A stretch of DNA of 64,000 nucleotides, from the NCBI GenBank assembly GCA_043228905.1, contig JBHGNT010000016.1, positions 13,268,001 through 13,332,000 on the forward strand, in the 5' to 3' direction. Shown here in pieces: positions 13,173 through 25,985 of the stretch. Positions within the stretch are counted from its first letter, which is position 1. Every line of letters starts with the position of its first letter. The position numbers and the translations under genes were made by a program. Origin of the DNA: Azolla caroliniana. Its lineage: Eukaryota > Plantae > Polypodiophyta. The notes below the pieces were generated by a model. The model was not told the DNA's origin and ran no database searches. It worked only from the letters and a program-made list of their open reading frames with translations.

Positions 13173-14950
13173 TTTAACTAATTTATATTTTTGGCCTATG
13201 GATAACAACTTTCATCATAAAAGTGTAGTGATACGCCATGTACTCGTCGTAGCCGTAGCGGTTTACAGGGTTCTTCTCTTGGGTGGACCGGCGTAGCTTT
13301 TTATTCACGGATTCTAAAGCTTTCTTAACGTCGTTTGTCCCAATGTCAAGGCCTTCGAACTCACTATCAAGGGAGTGGGTCGATTCGAATTCAAACTGAT
13401 CCTCATATTCCCGCATTTCCGCCTTCCCTTTGTCCAGCTTCGGACCCGGCCGAGATGTGCTTTCATTGCTCGGTAGCTTTGATGGCCCACTCAGCCGTGT
13501 CGTAATTGGGTTGTCTTCTAACATCTATCAGAGCCGATCCCCAACTTCTATTTCTATTTCAGTGTCATCCGCGTCGAGCAGGGTTGGAGTCGAAGTGTTC
13601 TCTGGTGCGTACCAGGATGCGTATTCGTCGAAGACTACGTCTCGACTTGTTCGAACCTTATGGATAGATGGGTTGTAGCATTTGTACCCCTTCTGTTCAA
13701 GTGAGTATCCTACGAGGATACATTTCTCCGACTTTGGGTCAAGCTTTTGTCACGTATCGTTGGGAATATGTACGTAGACGATAGAACCGAAAATGCGGAC
13801 ATGTGACAAGTCCGGCTTCTTTCCGAAGAACTTCTCATGCGGAGTTATATCGTGTACTCCTGAGGTTGTGCACCTAATCATGAGATATACAATCGTATTT
13901 GCCACTTCTGCCCAATATGATTTCGGCAGGTTCTTCTTGTTCATCATGGCGCATGCTACTTCTACTACATGGCGGTTTTTACGCTCTACTACACTGTTTT
14001 GCTGAGGCGTGTGTCGACACGAGAACTCTCGTCGGAATCCTTCTTTTCGGAGATACGCCGTAAATTCATCCAAAAAATATTCTTTGCCTCCATCTGATTG
14101 AAGATAGTGTACATGCCGACCCGTAGTTTTTTGGACTTCGGCCTTGAATGTCTAGAAGTGCCTGAACACTTCACTCTTCTGCTTCATTGGATAGAGCCAG
14201 GTGTTCTTGGAGAAGTCGTCGATGAACGTGACATAGTATCGGCATCCGCCAAATGTTGCTGTCTGGGCTAGTCCCCACACATCTGAATGTACGACATCAA
14301 GGATTCCTTTGCTCACATTCTGCTCTTTAGGGATGGGAATGGGTGACGGCGTTGCTTCCCAAACTGACATGCTTTGCATGCGTGTGTAATCTCCTTCGCC
14401 GTAAAGTTGAGGAGTCCGATTACGACTCCTATCGATTGCATGTTTTGTAGTTTCTGGAGATTAATGTGGCCAATTCTCTTGTGCCACAATTTTAAGTCGG
14501 TTTCGACTTTCAGGCCCTTTGCGTACATGGCCGACTTTACTTCACTCGATTCGAGGATGAACATACGGCCTTCACAACGGTCGTGAGCTATGACTTGATC
14601 GCCTTTTTCGATGAAGCACCCATCGTTATTGAAGCATACTTCCATTCCTTGTTCGACAATCTCGCCAACCGAGAGCAGGTTTTTCGTAATAGTGGGAACA
14701 TGCAGCATGTTTTGGAGGTAGGTCTGTTTGTCGTCGTTTCCGAATGGGACATTCCCGATACGTTGTATTGGGTGAGTCGTGTCATCTCCTGTTTCGACAT
14801 ATCTAGGACGTTCGAGCTTCCGAAGTTCCCGACACCAATCTTCATGGGATGTCATGTGATTGGATGCTCCCGAATTGACAAACCATACGCTCTTCAGAGT
14901 GGAAGCGGTTGTTGACGCAAGTGCAGACATTGAGTGCACTTCGTGCTTCA

Positions 14951-17900
14951 TGTTGAGAATCAAGCTCAACATAGCACAATGTGTGAACACACCTTTTGAG
15001 AATCTATGATTACTCAAAGGTCAAGAGTCACACCACTACTCTCTACACATTAACTATGTGTCATAGAATCATATTCTATGACACATAACTAATGAGTTAC
15101 ATATTCCCCATGACTACGAGTCTTCACATTCCCCAAGAGAGAGAGAGTGGTTGTTGTAAAGTTAATGAAGAGAGAGGGTGACTCTATATAAAGCACCCTC
15201 CTCATACTTCATACTAAGTCAGTTGTGACTCCTTGTAATGCTACATTTTCATTTCTCATTTCTTCTTGAGTATTTCATTTCTCTAGCTTATCTATCTTGT
15301 GTTTCTATTCTCTTCTCTAATTTCTCTCACACATACACATAATACACATCTCTTCCACTACACAAGAATCATATCTTATTCTTTACATGGTATTAGAGCA
15401 ATTTGGTAGCTTGATCTAGCCCACTCGTCTCATTGTGATCATGTGTTGTGCTCTAAGCTGACGTTCAAGAAGAACCGGCTCATCGCTATCGTAGTGCGAC
15501 TACATAGCTCGTGTTCGAGAGAGAAGGAAAAGGAAAGAAGGAAGAAATATACATCGACAATGAATACTCCAATGGGGAGCGCTCTCCCTAGCGAGAAGTT
15601 GGATCACAACAACTTTGCATCTTGGGAGTACAAGATGCAGCAATACCTTGTCGGCCAAGGCTATTGGAGCTACATCAAAGGAGTACAAGAAAATCAGCCC
15701 AACCCGGAAGATGCCGACTATGCAACATGGGAGCAAGCGGCAAGCCGAGTGATGTATTGTTTGGCGACATGTGTTCACGACCACATGCTCGGGTACATTC
15801 GAGAAGCCAAGACACCGAAGGAAGCATGGGAGAATCTACGAAAGATTTTCGCCGCCAACACTACCGCGAGAAAGCTTCAACTCTGCCAAGAGTTGAATAA
15901 TATCCAACAAAGGGATATGTCCGTCACGAGCTACACCTTGAAGATCAAGGAGCTTTGTGATTCGCTCGGCTCGATAAGCGTAAACGTGGAGGATGACGAG
16001 ATGGTGCAAGTATGTCTCGGCGGCCTTGCACCACGATTCGGTGCGATGCGGACTGCCGTACTAGCACGGGAGAATCTACCCTCCTTCTTCGATCTTCAAT
16101 CCATGTTGTTGGTGGAAGAGAATCATGTTCGAACGAGGAGCAACGCCTCGGAAGGCCACATGCTCTACACGCATTTGGACGAAGGAAGAGGATGCGGCCA
16201 TGCAAGAAGAGGCCTATTGTAAACGATTACTTGCGGAAGAGTTAGAAAATAGAGAAAGCAGGGAATACACAGAGTACACAGGAGAGACAGAGAGAGCAAA
16301 ACCTCAACGCTATATTCAAAAAATATATAAAAACACTCTGTACTTACAACTATGCTTAGTAGCATTATTTATACAAGTCCTCGTGGGACTGATAGAAGTA
16401 CCGCGTACTTCAATGCTCACACGAGCATCTGACACTTCACTCTTCGGTCTTCGTTGCCGAAGATCCGCCTTTCTCCTTGCCGGAGTCAGATGCACACTGA
16501 TCCGACTCATCGTTGCCGGTTTCGAATTCCGGCATCTTCTTCTTCCCCTTCTCTTTGCGCGTGAACCATCGCCTCGGTTCCTTGTGCGGGGAGTGCACGG
16601 CAAAGTCTCCATTACTCGCCGGTTCCTCATCGGACTGGTCAGATTGACTCAGTCTCTCGTTTGGCCCGCTCAACTGGAATGATTCTGGACTCTCATCCTA
16701 AGTCCACGCTTCATCATCCTCTACCTGGGCCGGTTCAGGCTCACTAGCCTCATCCACCGACACCGGGTTGGATTCGGATGTTAGAGCCGGTAAGGAGTAC
16801 CAGGATGCCGGTTCATCGAACTCGACATCTCAACTAACTCGGACCTGCTTTGTTTGGGGGTTATAACACTAACTCGGACTTGCTTTGTTTGCTGCAGATA
16901 ACTGTTGAATTGGCCGGAAAAGTACTCTTTTCCACCATCCGACCGCAGGCATTTGATTTTCCTCTCCGATTCCCGTTCCACCATGCTTTCAAGACTCCGG
17001 AAACACTCGAAGACTTAACTCTTCCGCTCAATGAGGGAGATCCATGTTTGCCGCGTATAGTCGTCGATGAAGGAGACAAAATATCGACTCCCGCCAAGAC
17101 TAACATTCTGTGCCGGTCCCCACACATCCGAATGGATAAGGTCGAGCTTGTTACGGCTCCGGTTACGTTCGGTGGAGAATGGAAGCCGGTGTTGCTTCCC
17201 GAGTTGGCAGGCTTCACATACTTGGGCCTTCTAGCCGCTAAACTTCGGCAAACCGAAAACAACTTGTTTCGTTTGCAGGTCTTGAAGCCTTCGGTAATTG
17301 ACGTGGCCTATCCGCTTGTGCCATAGGTCGATGTCCGATTCGACCTTCTGTCCTTTTGCGAACAGAGCGGTGCCAACATCATTGGTGTCGAGGATAAACG
17401 TCCTCCCGTCTCTGCGCCCTTGCGCAATAATCTGGCCCTCTTCCTCGATGAAGCACCCGAGGTGTGTAAACCGCACCTGCATTCCCTGGTCGACGATCTG
17501 TCCGACCGACACCAAGTTCTTCGTGATTGTCGAAATGTGTAATACGTTCATCAGCTTCCCCTTCTGTCCGATGTGGCTTAGAGGGACTTCTCCGACGTGC
17601 ACGATTGGGTGAGGAGTGTCGTCTCCAGTTTCGACTACTCCTAGTTGAACCAGTTTCTCCAAGAAGGAGAACCACTCTCTGTGGCTCGTCATGTGGTTCG
17701 ATGCACCAGAATCAACATACCACACTTCCTCTGATTCGGAAGTGGTCTTCTTCATCGAGTTCGCCTCGTGCTTCATCACCAAGGCTGGCTCGTTACCGTT
17801 CTTGGATCCTCCCGATCCCTTCGCGTAGTGCGAGCTTTGCCAGCCATCCTTGCCGGCCTTGCCGGATTTGGATTTGTCCGAATCGGCTCGTTTTCTCTAG

Positions 17901-20900
17901 CACTCTGTGGCCCTTTTTGCCACAATACCAGCATTCCGTTGCTTACTTCTCTTGTCGGCCTCCGGCACCGCCTTAACTCTCCCTACTTGTGGAAGTCCCA
18001 GAACTGATGTCGGCACGTTCTCTGTGCCTTCGTTCTTGCTCTTGCTGGCTGCCTCCATTGCGTGCCGACCCGCCTCGTCCACCATGCCCACGGGACCAAT
18101 CCGCCTCCGTGTACAGCATCCGGCTGTCAGTGGGTGCGTTAGTTGATGCACCGGCGTGGTTCTCCTCTACAAGGAGCATCGACTATAAGTCGAAAAATGA
18201 TGGTGTATTCTCCCTTGTACACACCGCCGTTCGGAACGCTCTGAACTTAGATGCCAGGCCCCCAAGACAAACCTGTACCATCTCGTCTTCCTCTACGGTA
18301 ACGTTGATAGAGGCAAACGAGTCACAGATCTCTTTGATCCGGGTCGTGTAATCCACCACCGACATGTCCTTTTGTCGAACATTGCTCAACTCCTGTCAGA
18401 GTTGTAGCTTCCGGGCTGTAGTGCTCGCGGCGAAAACCTTCTTTAGGTTCCCCCAAGCCTCCTTCGGTGTTTTGGCATCTCGGATGTGGCTCAACAGCTG
18501 GTCTCCGACACTGGACGCGAAGCAGTACATCACTCTATTTGCCGATTGTTCCCACACTGGGAAGTCCTTATGTGTCGCATCAGGTGCTGTTTCGTTGGCT
18601 CCTTAGATGAAACTCCAGTAGCCATGCCCAAGCAGGTACTGGTGCATCTTATACGACCAAGATGCATAGTTGGATCTGTCGAGTTTCTCCATAGGGAGTG
18701 AGCTAGCCATCCCTCTATCCATTACTTCTCTGTCTGCTATTTTACGACCGGTTAGGGTTTGCTTTCAAGCATTTCTCGGCTGCAGAGGAGGTTCTCAACC
18801 CTCATGCTCTGATACCATGTAAACGATTACTTGCGGAAGCGTTAGAAAACAGAGAAAGTAGGGAATACACTGAGTACACGGGAGAGACAGAGAGAGCAGA
18901 ACCTCAAAGCTATATTCAAAAAATATATAAAAACACTCTGTACTTACAACTATGCTCAATAGCATTATTTATACAAGTCCTCGTGGGACTGACAGAAGTA
19001 CCACGTACTTCAATGCTCACACGAGCATCTGACACTTAGTACGAGACTATAATTGCCTAGTAGTCTACACTAGTACTAGGCTTCCGGTTACTAATTGGAT
19101 CCGGCAAACCGGCTCCCTAGCTCACCGGCTTTGTTGCTTGCCGGCTCGGTTGCTCACAACTTACCGATCCGTCTCGGTTGCCGGCTCAGGCTTATTCAGC
19201 CAATCCGGCTCCAGTTGAGCTTGCCGTTCAACACCTATTCGGTGGCGGACGAGGCCCAACTTACGAAAACAACTCGCAATTTCGATATCAAGACGGAAGC
19301 CATCAAGGAACCTTCGGAAGAAGGGGGAGCTTCCATTCCAGTCCAAACTGACAAAGCTCGGTCGAATGCGGATATTGTGGAAAAATCGGCCACCACGAAG
19401 AAGAATGTCGTAAGAAGATACGCGAGTCGGTTTCCACTAGCCGACAACTCACCAACTACACCATCAACTCCAACTATGAGGATCGTGGCGGAATGTTCAT
19501 GATGAGACATAGAGCGAATTCTATGTCGGCCTCTACTTCTACTAGTGCCTCCGGTCCGGAAGACCTATGGTTCGTCAATTCCGGTGCCTCAAACCATATG
19601 ACATCACATCAAGAATGGTTCAGAGAACTTCGAGAGCCAGACCGACCCGGCTATGTCGAAACCGGAGACGACACTAGGCCCCCGATTCAGCACATCGGCA
19701 ATGTTCCGTTCAGAGAAGAACATAAGCAAACTTACATTAAAAATTTCTTGCATGTACCAACTATCACGAAGAATTTGGTCTCCATTGGCCAAATTGTAGA
19801 GCAAGGAATGCAGGTTCAATTTAATCAAGACGGTTGCTTCATCGAAAAAGAGGGTCGACTCATCGCTGGCGGACGAAGAGAGGGCCGAATGTTCATTCTC
19901 GACTCACACGAGATGAAATCGGCCATGTTTGCAAAGGGCATGAAAGCTGATTCCAACATAGAGTTATGGCACAAGCGGATTGGCCATATCAACCTTCAAA
20001 AGCTCAAGGCAATGCAATCGAAAGGAGTCGTCATCAGGTTCCCGACATTCACGGAGAAAGAGATTGAAGGCGTGTGTGCCACTTGCCAATTTGGCAAGCA
20101 ACATCGGCACCCATTTCCAAAGGAGCGGAACATGAGCAAAGGCATCCTCAACGTAATTCATTCCGATGTATGGGGTCCGGCTCAAACGGCGACATTCGGC
20201 GGATGCCGATACTATGTGACCTTCATGGACGACTTCTCTAGGCACACTTGGATCTACCCGATGTGACAAAAGAGCGAAGTGTTCGGACACTTCCAAAAAT
20301 TTAAGAATGAAGTCGAGAAAGCCACAGGCCAACATGTACAATGTCTTCAGTCGGATGGAGGCAAGGAGTACTTCTCCAACAAATTTTTGGCGTTTCTATG
20401 GAAAGTAGGAATACGGCGAGAGTTTTTGTGTCGACATACACCACAACAAAACGGAGTGGCCAAAAGCAAGAATCGGCACATCCTTGAAGTGGCACGGGCT
20501 ATGCTTAACGAAAAGCACATGCTGAAATCGTATTGGGCGGAGGCAGCTAACACGACTGTCTATCTCATGAATCGGTGTACGACATCATGTGTGCACGAAC
20601 TTACTCCGCACGAGAAGTTCTTCGGAAAGAAGTCGGACCTATCGCATGTTCGGATATTCGGCTCCATTGCGTACGTGCACATCCCCGACGAGAAGCGTCA
20701 AAAGCTTGACCCAAAGTCGGAGAAATGTATCCTCGTAGAATACTCACTGGAGCAAAAGGGTTACAAGTGCTACAACCCCTCAACTCGAAAATCTCGAGTA
20801 AGTTGAGATGTCGTTTTTGACAAGTCTGCATCCTGGTACGCACCAAAGACAACTTCGACTCCGATTCCGCTCAACCCGGAATCCGCCGAACAAGAGATAG

Positions 20901-23380
20901 AGGATGAAGATCGCTTTACGCACATATTCGAAGAAAATCCGATCACGACCCGACTGAGCGGACCACAAGAACCCCCGAGCGATCAAAGCACATCTCAGCC
21001 AAGTCCGAAGATGGACAAAGGGAAGGCAGAAATGCCGGAGTATGAAGACGATCACTTCGAAGGCAACGAATCGACTCACTCCCTCGATAGTGAGTTCGAA
21101 GGCCTTGAGATCCGGACAAATCGAGTGGAGAACATCGTAGTATCCGCAAACGAGAAGCTCCGCCGATCCACCCATGAAAAGAACCCCGTAAGCCAATTCG
21201 GCTACAGCGATTATATGGCGTACCATTACACCTTTATGATGAAGGTCGCAACAGTACGCAATCCGGAAACCTTTTCCGAAGCCGCGAAGGACCCACGATG
21301 GATCGAAGCAATGAACGAGGAGATGTGTGCACTACGCAAGAACGACACATGGGATCTCGTTCCCCACTCACCGCACAGGAAGGCGATCGGATGTAGATGG
21401 ATCTACAAGGTGAAGTATAATGTTGACGGCTCTGTCAACCGCTACAAAGCTCGACTCGTAGTGAAAGGATACGCACAAACACATGGCATTTGCCCCAGTG
21501 GCAAAGATGACAACTGTGCGGACCGTAATTGCACTCGCAACGGCTAAAGGGTGGCACCTCCACCAAATGGACGTCAAGAACGCCTTTCTTCAAGGCGAAT
21601 TGGATGATGAGGTGTACATGGTACAACCACCCGGCTTCAAATCGTGCATTCATCCAAAAGTCGTATGCCAACTCAAGAAGCCTCTCTACGGCCTCAAGCA
21701 AGCACCACATGCTTGGCATTCGAAGATTACACACTATCTTCATCAAATCAGCTTTCGAATGTCGAAATCCGACCACTCCCTCTACGTACGCCACGACTCT
21801 AGAAGCCTAATTGTCATCATCCTCTACGTGGATGATCTAGTTATTGGAGGTGAGCATTTAGTCAACATCAACAAGGTGAAGTCCCTTCTCTCCAACAAAT
21901 TCGAGATGACGGACATGAAGGAGCTTCATTACTTCCTAGGCATCGAGGTAATTCGAACTCCGGCCGGCATCATGATCTCCCAACGGGCACTAAATCCTCA
22001 ACTTGTTATACAAGTTCACGATGACTGAGTGTAAATCTGTGGCAACCCCTCTCGATCGAAACCTTAAATTGGATGTCGACTTCGGCACAGAAGAGTGTGA
22101 GCCGACCCAATATCGTCAACTGATCGGGAGCCTCATCTATCTCACGATCACTCGACCTGACCTTAGCTATCGAGTCAGACTGCTTAGCCAATTCATGCAA
22201 ACTCCGCAAGATATCCATTTTGATTGCACTAAGCGAGTATTACGATACGTGAGTGGCACAATGGATTACGATGTTCTTTACGCATCGGCCACACAAATAC
22301 AACTCAAAGGGTACACAGACGCGGATTGGGCAGGCTACAAAGCCGATCGACAATCAACCTCCGGATTTGTCTTCTCCCTCGGCAGCAGAGCGATTTCGTG
22401 GAGTAGCAAGAAGCAACCTACCGTCTCTCTTTCGAGTACGGAGGCGGAATACAGGGGCGCAGCCGTAGCTGCATGTGAAGTCGTATGGCTCAAAAGGATT
22501 TTGAAGGATTTGGGCATTCCCATCAAGGATCCAATTCCCCTTTACTGCGACAACATGAGCAGTATATATTTGGCTCGGAACCCGGTGTTCCACGCACGCA
22601 CAAAGCATATCGAAGGGCACTATCACTTCATTCAAGAGCGCGTACAAGCCGGAGATGTCGACCTTCAACACATCAATATGAATCTTCAAACGGCCGACAT
22701 CTTCACCAAAGCCTTAGGAGCCGACAAGCTTCGGCAATTCATATCAGACCTTGGATTGACGATCCCTGACTTGCCAAGCTTGAGGAGGAGTACAAGCAAG
22801 AATCAGATACTGTCCGAACTGGGTACGAGCCGAAGCGGACACCGAAGATCATCCAAACCGGATACCAACCGAATCGGACATCAATCGAAAGGAACCAACC
22901 CGAGTTGAGCTTGAGGGGGCGTGTTGAGAATCAAGCTCAACATAGCACAACGTGTGAACACACCTTTTGAGAATCTATGATTATTCAAAGGTCAAGAGTC
23001 ACACCACTACTCTCTACACATTAACTATGTGTCATAGAATCATATTCTATGACACATAACTAATGAGTTACATATTCCCCATGACTATGAGTCTTCACAT
23101 TCCCCAAGAGAGAGAGAGAGTGGTTGTTGTAAAGTTAATGAAGAGAGAGGGTGACTCTTTATAAAGCACCCTCCTTATACTTCATACTAAGTCGGTTGTG
23201 ACTCCTTGTAATGCTACATTTTCATTTCTCATTCTACTTGTGAATATATATCTTCTTCTTGAGTATTTCATTTCTCTAGCTTATCTATCTTGTGTTTCTA
23301 TTCTCTTCTCTAATTTCTCTCACACATATACATAACACACATCTCTTCCGCTACACAAGAATCATATCCGATTCTTTACA
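14951..23380 (+). mobile_element. Full-length Ty1/copia element C1 (degenerate), inserted in D and containing C2
   Basis: TSD CTTCA at 14946-14950 and 23381-23385. LTRs at 14951-15387 and 22922-23380. PBS TGGTATTAGAGC at 15388-15399. PPT at 22912-22921. gag-pol runs 15560-16217 and 19234-22908. Confidence 0.96.
16218..19233 (-). mobile_element. Internally deleted Ty1/copia element C2
   Basis: TSD CCTAT at 16213-16217 and 19234-19238. 5' LTR at 18818-19233 and PBS at 18806-18817. Only about 16218-16437 of the 3' LTR remains. gag, PR and INT N-terminus are present, RT and RNase H are absent. Confidence 0.93.
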
Positions 23381-24783
23381 CTTCATTATGAACATTTCGC
23401 CATGGTCGCCGTAGTCAGAGTTTGTGGCGTAATTTGTTAGTTGTCGGCCTTGCTCACGCTTCTTCTTCCGACACTCCTCTTCGTAGTGGTCGGGTTTTCC
23501 GCAGTACACGCACTCAACTGGGTTCCTACGGTTGCTTGGTCCGGCGTGATGACTCCCCCTTCCACCGAACTCTTTGGGGCCGTTTTTGTCCGCTTGCCAT
23601 TGGTGGAAGTTCCAATGTTGATTGTGTCGGACCTTGGCCATATTGGCCTCTCTTGCCGCGACCGTGTCCTCTTCCTCCATCGAAGTTCAAATATAGCATT
23701 TGTCCTTCGTGTGTGTTTTTCCTTTGACGCACGTGATTCTCTTCGACTAGCTATAACGATTGGAGATCAAAAAAGGAGGGAGGAATCTCTCTCACGAGAA
23801 TAACCAATCTGATTGTGCCAAATCGCGATGCTAAGACACCGAGGCATATCTACACCATTTCTTCGTCGTCAATGCTAACATCGATCGATCCAAGGGCATC
23901 ACACAACTCCTTAATCTTTAAGGTGTAGTTGTCGATTGACATGTCCCTTTGTTGAAGATTGTTCAGCTCCTGTCAAAGTTGGAGCGTTTGTGCAGCCATA
24001 TTGGCTGCAAAAATCTTCTTGAGGTTTTCCCACGCCTACTTCGGCGTTTTTGCCTCTCGAATGTAGCCAAGCATATGATCATGAACGCATGATGCAAGGC
24101 AATACAACACACGGCTTGCAGCCTACTCCCAAGTGGGATAGTCGGTGTGTGTTGGGTTGGGGTGTGATTCGTGAGCCCCTTCAATGTAGCTCTAGTAGCC
24201 TTGTCCGACAAGATATTGATGCATCTTGTATTCCCAAGATGCAAAGTTCGTTCTGTCAAGCTTTTCGGTAGGAAGAGTGCTTCCCATTTGAGTATTCATC
24301 GGTGGGCCGGTTCTGTTGATCATCAGTGTGCAGCACAACACAGTCGAAAATGCTTGATCAGGCAACCACTCGCTTTGATACCATGTAAAGAAATGAGGAA
24401 GCAAGAGAGGTTGTAATGTAGCAGAAGATGAATGTGTGTGTGTGTGTGTGTGTGTGTCACAAGATAAAGTGAGAGAGAGTGAGAGAGAGAGAGGTCTTAA
24501 GACAGAGATAGACAAAACTATATATTAACCAAAATTACATCAAACCATAAGACATCCAACTACAACTAAGTTACAATGTGTTGGTTTATATACCAACTAA
24601 GCTAGGGCAAGTGCCCTTTCTACTATTTACAAAACTAGCCCAACATGTCCATGACCTAGTGTGAAAAACCTATCTATGGGAAGTTGAGTTCGACTCTCAA
24701 CAAAAACACGTATTCTATGTTTAGAATATGCTTTAGAATTTATTTATTTTTGAAGTACGTTGGTTAGATATTGGTTAAATATC

Positions 24784-25090
24784 TTAGGGTTTAGGGTTTG
24801 ATAGACTATATAATGTATTGCACGAGGAATGTGGGCACGATACTTATTTAGGCTACAACTAGTGTTATTAGGTTAACTATTCTTAGGGTTTAGGGGTTTG
24901 TTATAAGGGTTTAGGGTATATGGGTTAAAATATTCTGTGGGTTTAGGGTAGTGTGTGCAAAAGTAAAGGTATTAAGGATTGGTAGGTTTAGGGTTTTAGT
25001 GGTAAGGGGAGATATGTTTAGAGAGGTATGATGATGAGGGTATGGGTTGGCGGGGATATAATGTGTTAGGGTTATTAGTTTAGGGTTGTA
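24784..25090 (+). repeat. Degenerate telomere-like (TTTAGGG) repeats
   Basis: TTAGGGTTTAGGGTTT at 24784-24799, further TTTAGGG-like units near 24883-24917, 24940-24949, 24986-24997 and 25078-25087. Confidence 0.7.
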
Positions 25091-25262
25091 GGTATTGGGT
25101 ATTGGGTAGGTTAAAGATTAACGGAAAGAGGGGGGAGTGCCACGTTTTACTTAGTGGGAAGGAAATAGCATGTATATTATAGAAAGCACAACTAACCACA
25201 CACATAAATACAATAGACACTTCAGAAAATAAAAATAAAAAATTGATCAAATATATATTAAT

Positions 25263-25321
25263 ATGACCTATGTAGCAAACTAGTTTCGCTGTTATATGGA
25301 GCTCGTCAGTGCTTAGGTCAT
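25263..25321 (-). ncRNA. Minimal type I hammerhead ribozyme
   Basis: Minus strand reads ATGACCTA-AGCA CTGACGA GCT ccatataac AGC GAAAC TA GTT TGCT-aca-TAGGTCAT. This gives a full catalytic core, bulged 12-bp stem I, stem II and palindromic stem III. Confidence 0.88.
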
Positions 25322-25985
25322 TTTTTAGTATAAAGGTAAGTTTATATAGGTTTGTGGTAAGGGGGGTGTAAGATGAGTGGTGGACAAGAGTGATAAATGT
25401 GAAAAGAAGAGAAGAGTATGGGAGGGAGTGGTGTAACACAGTGATAAGGGGGCAAGATATGATTTTATAAAGGGAAGGAGTGGGTATCATGAGTTTGATA
25501 GAGATAAGTGGGTAACTAGAGGGTATAATAATGGTGATAAGTGGGTGACTGGAGGGTATGATAAATGAGGGGAGGGGTGTGTATATGTGTGTGATGGGTG
25601 GCTAGTAGGAGGTAAAGATGTGGGTGAAAAACGAGGGGATATGAATTTAATAGTTATGGGGAATGAGGAGAGGGAGAGAGAGAGAGAGAGAGAGAAATTT
25701 AAGTAATGAGAAGAGAGAGTGAAAATAGGTGAGAAAAGAGTGAGAGAGAGAGAGAGGGAGAAAGAGAGAAAAAGAGAGACGTAGAGAAAAGGAAAGGAAG
25801 AGAGAGAAAGGGGAAAAGGTAGAGAAAGAGAAGGGAAGGGAAGGAGGAGATAGAGATAGAGAAAGGCAATGTTAGAGAGAAGAAATGTGAAGGTAGAGAG
25901 AGAGGAGATAGGGGGAGATTCTCACGTGGTAAATATAGGGAGATAAAACTTGTGGTTTTTTAAAAAATAAAAATAAAGAGAGGAG

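Larger units (their letters stand above)
5457..24702 (-). mobile_element. Old Ty1/copia element D, fragmented host of later insertions (pieces 5457-6187, 12044-12240, 13196-14950, 23381-24702)
   Basis: 5' LTR at 24384-24702 and Met-i PBS at 24372-24383. gag is at 23381-24300, PR/INT at 13196-14950 and RT/RNase H at 5457-6187 plus 12044-12240. Reading continues across the TSD-flanked inserts. Joining the RT part to the INT part is an inference because the RT N-terminus is missing. Confidence 0.75.

Noticed and set aside
24784-25090. True telomere or chromosome-fusion scar
   Set aside because: The repeats are short, scattered and degenerate with no head-to-head array. They are better explained as part of the PLE 3' region.
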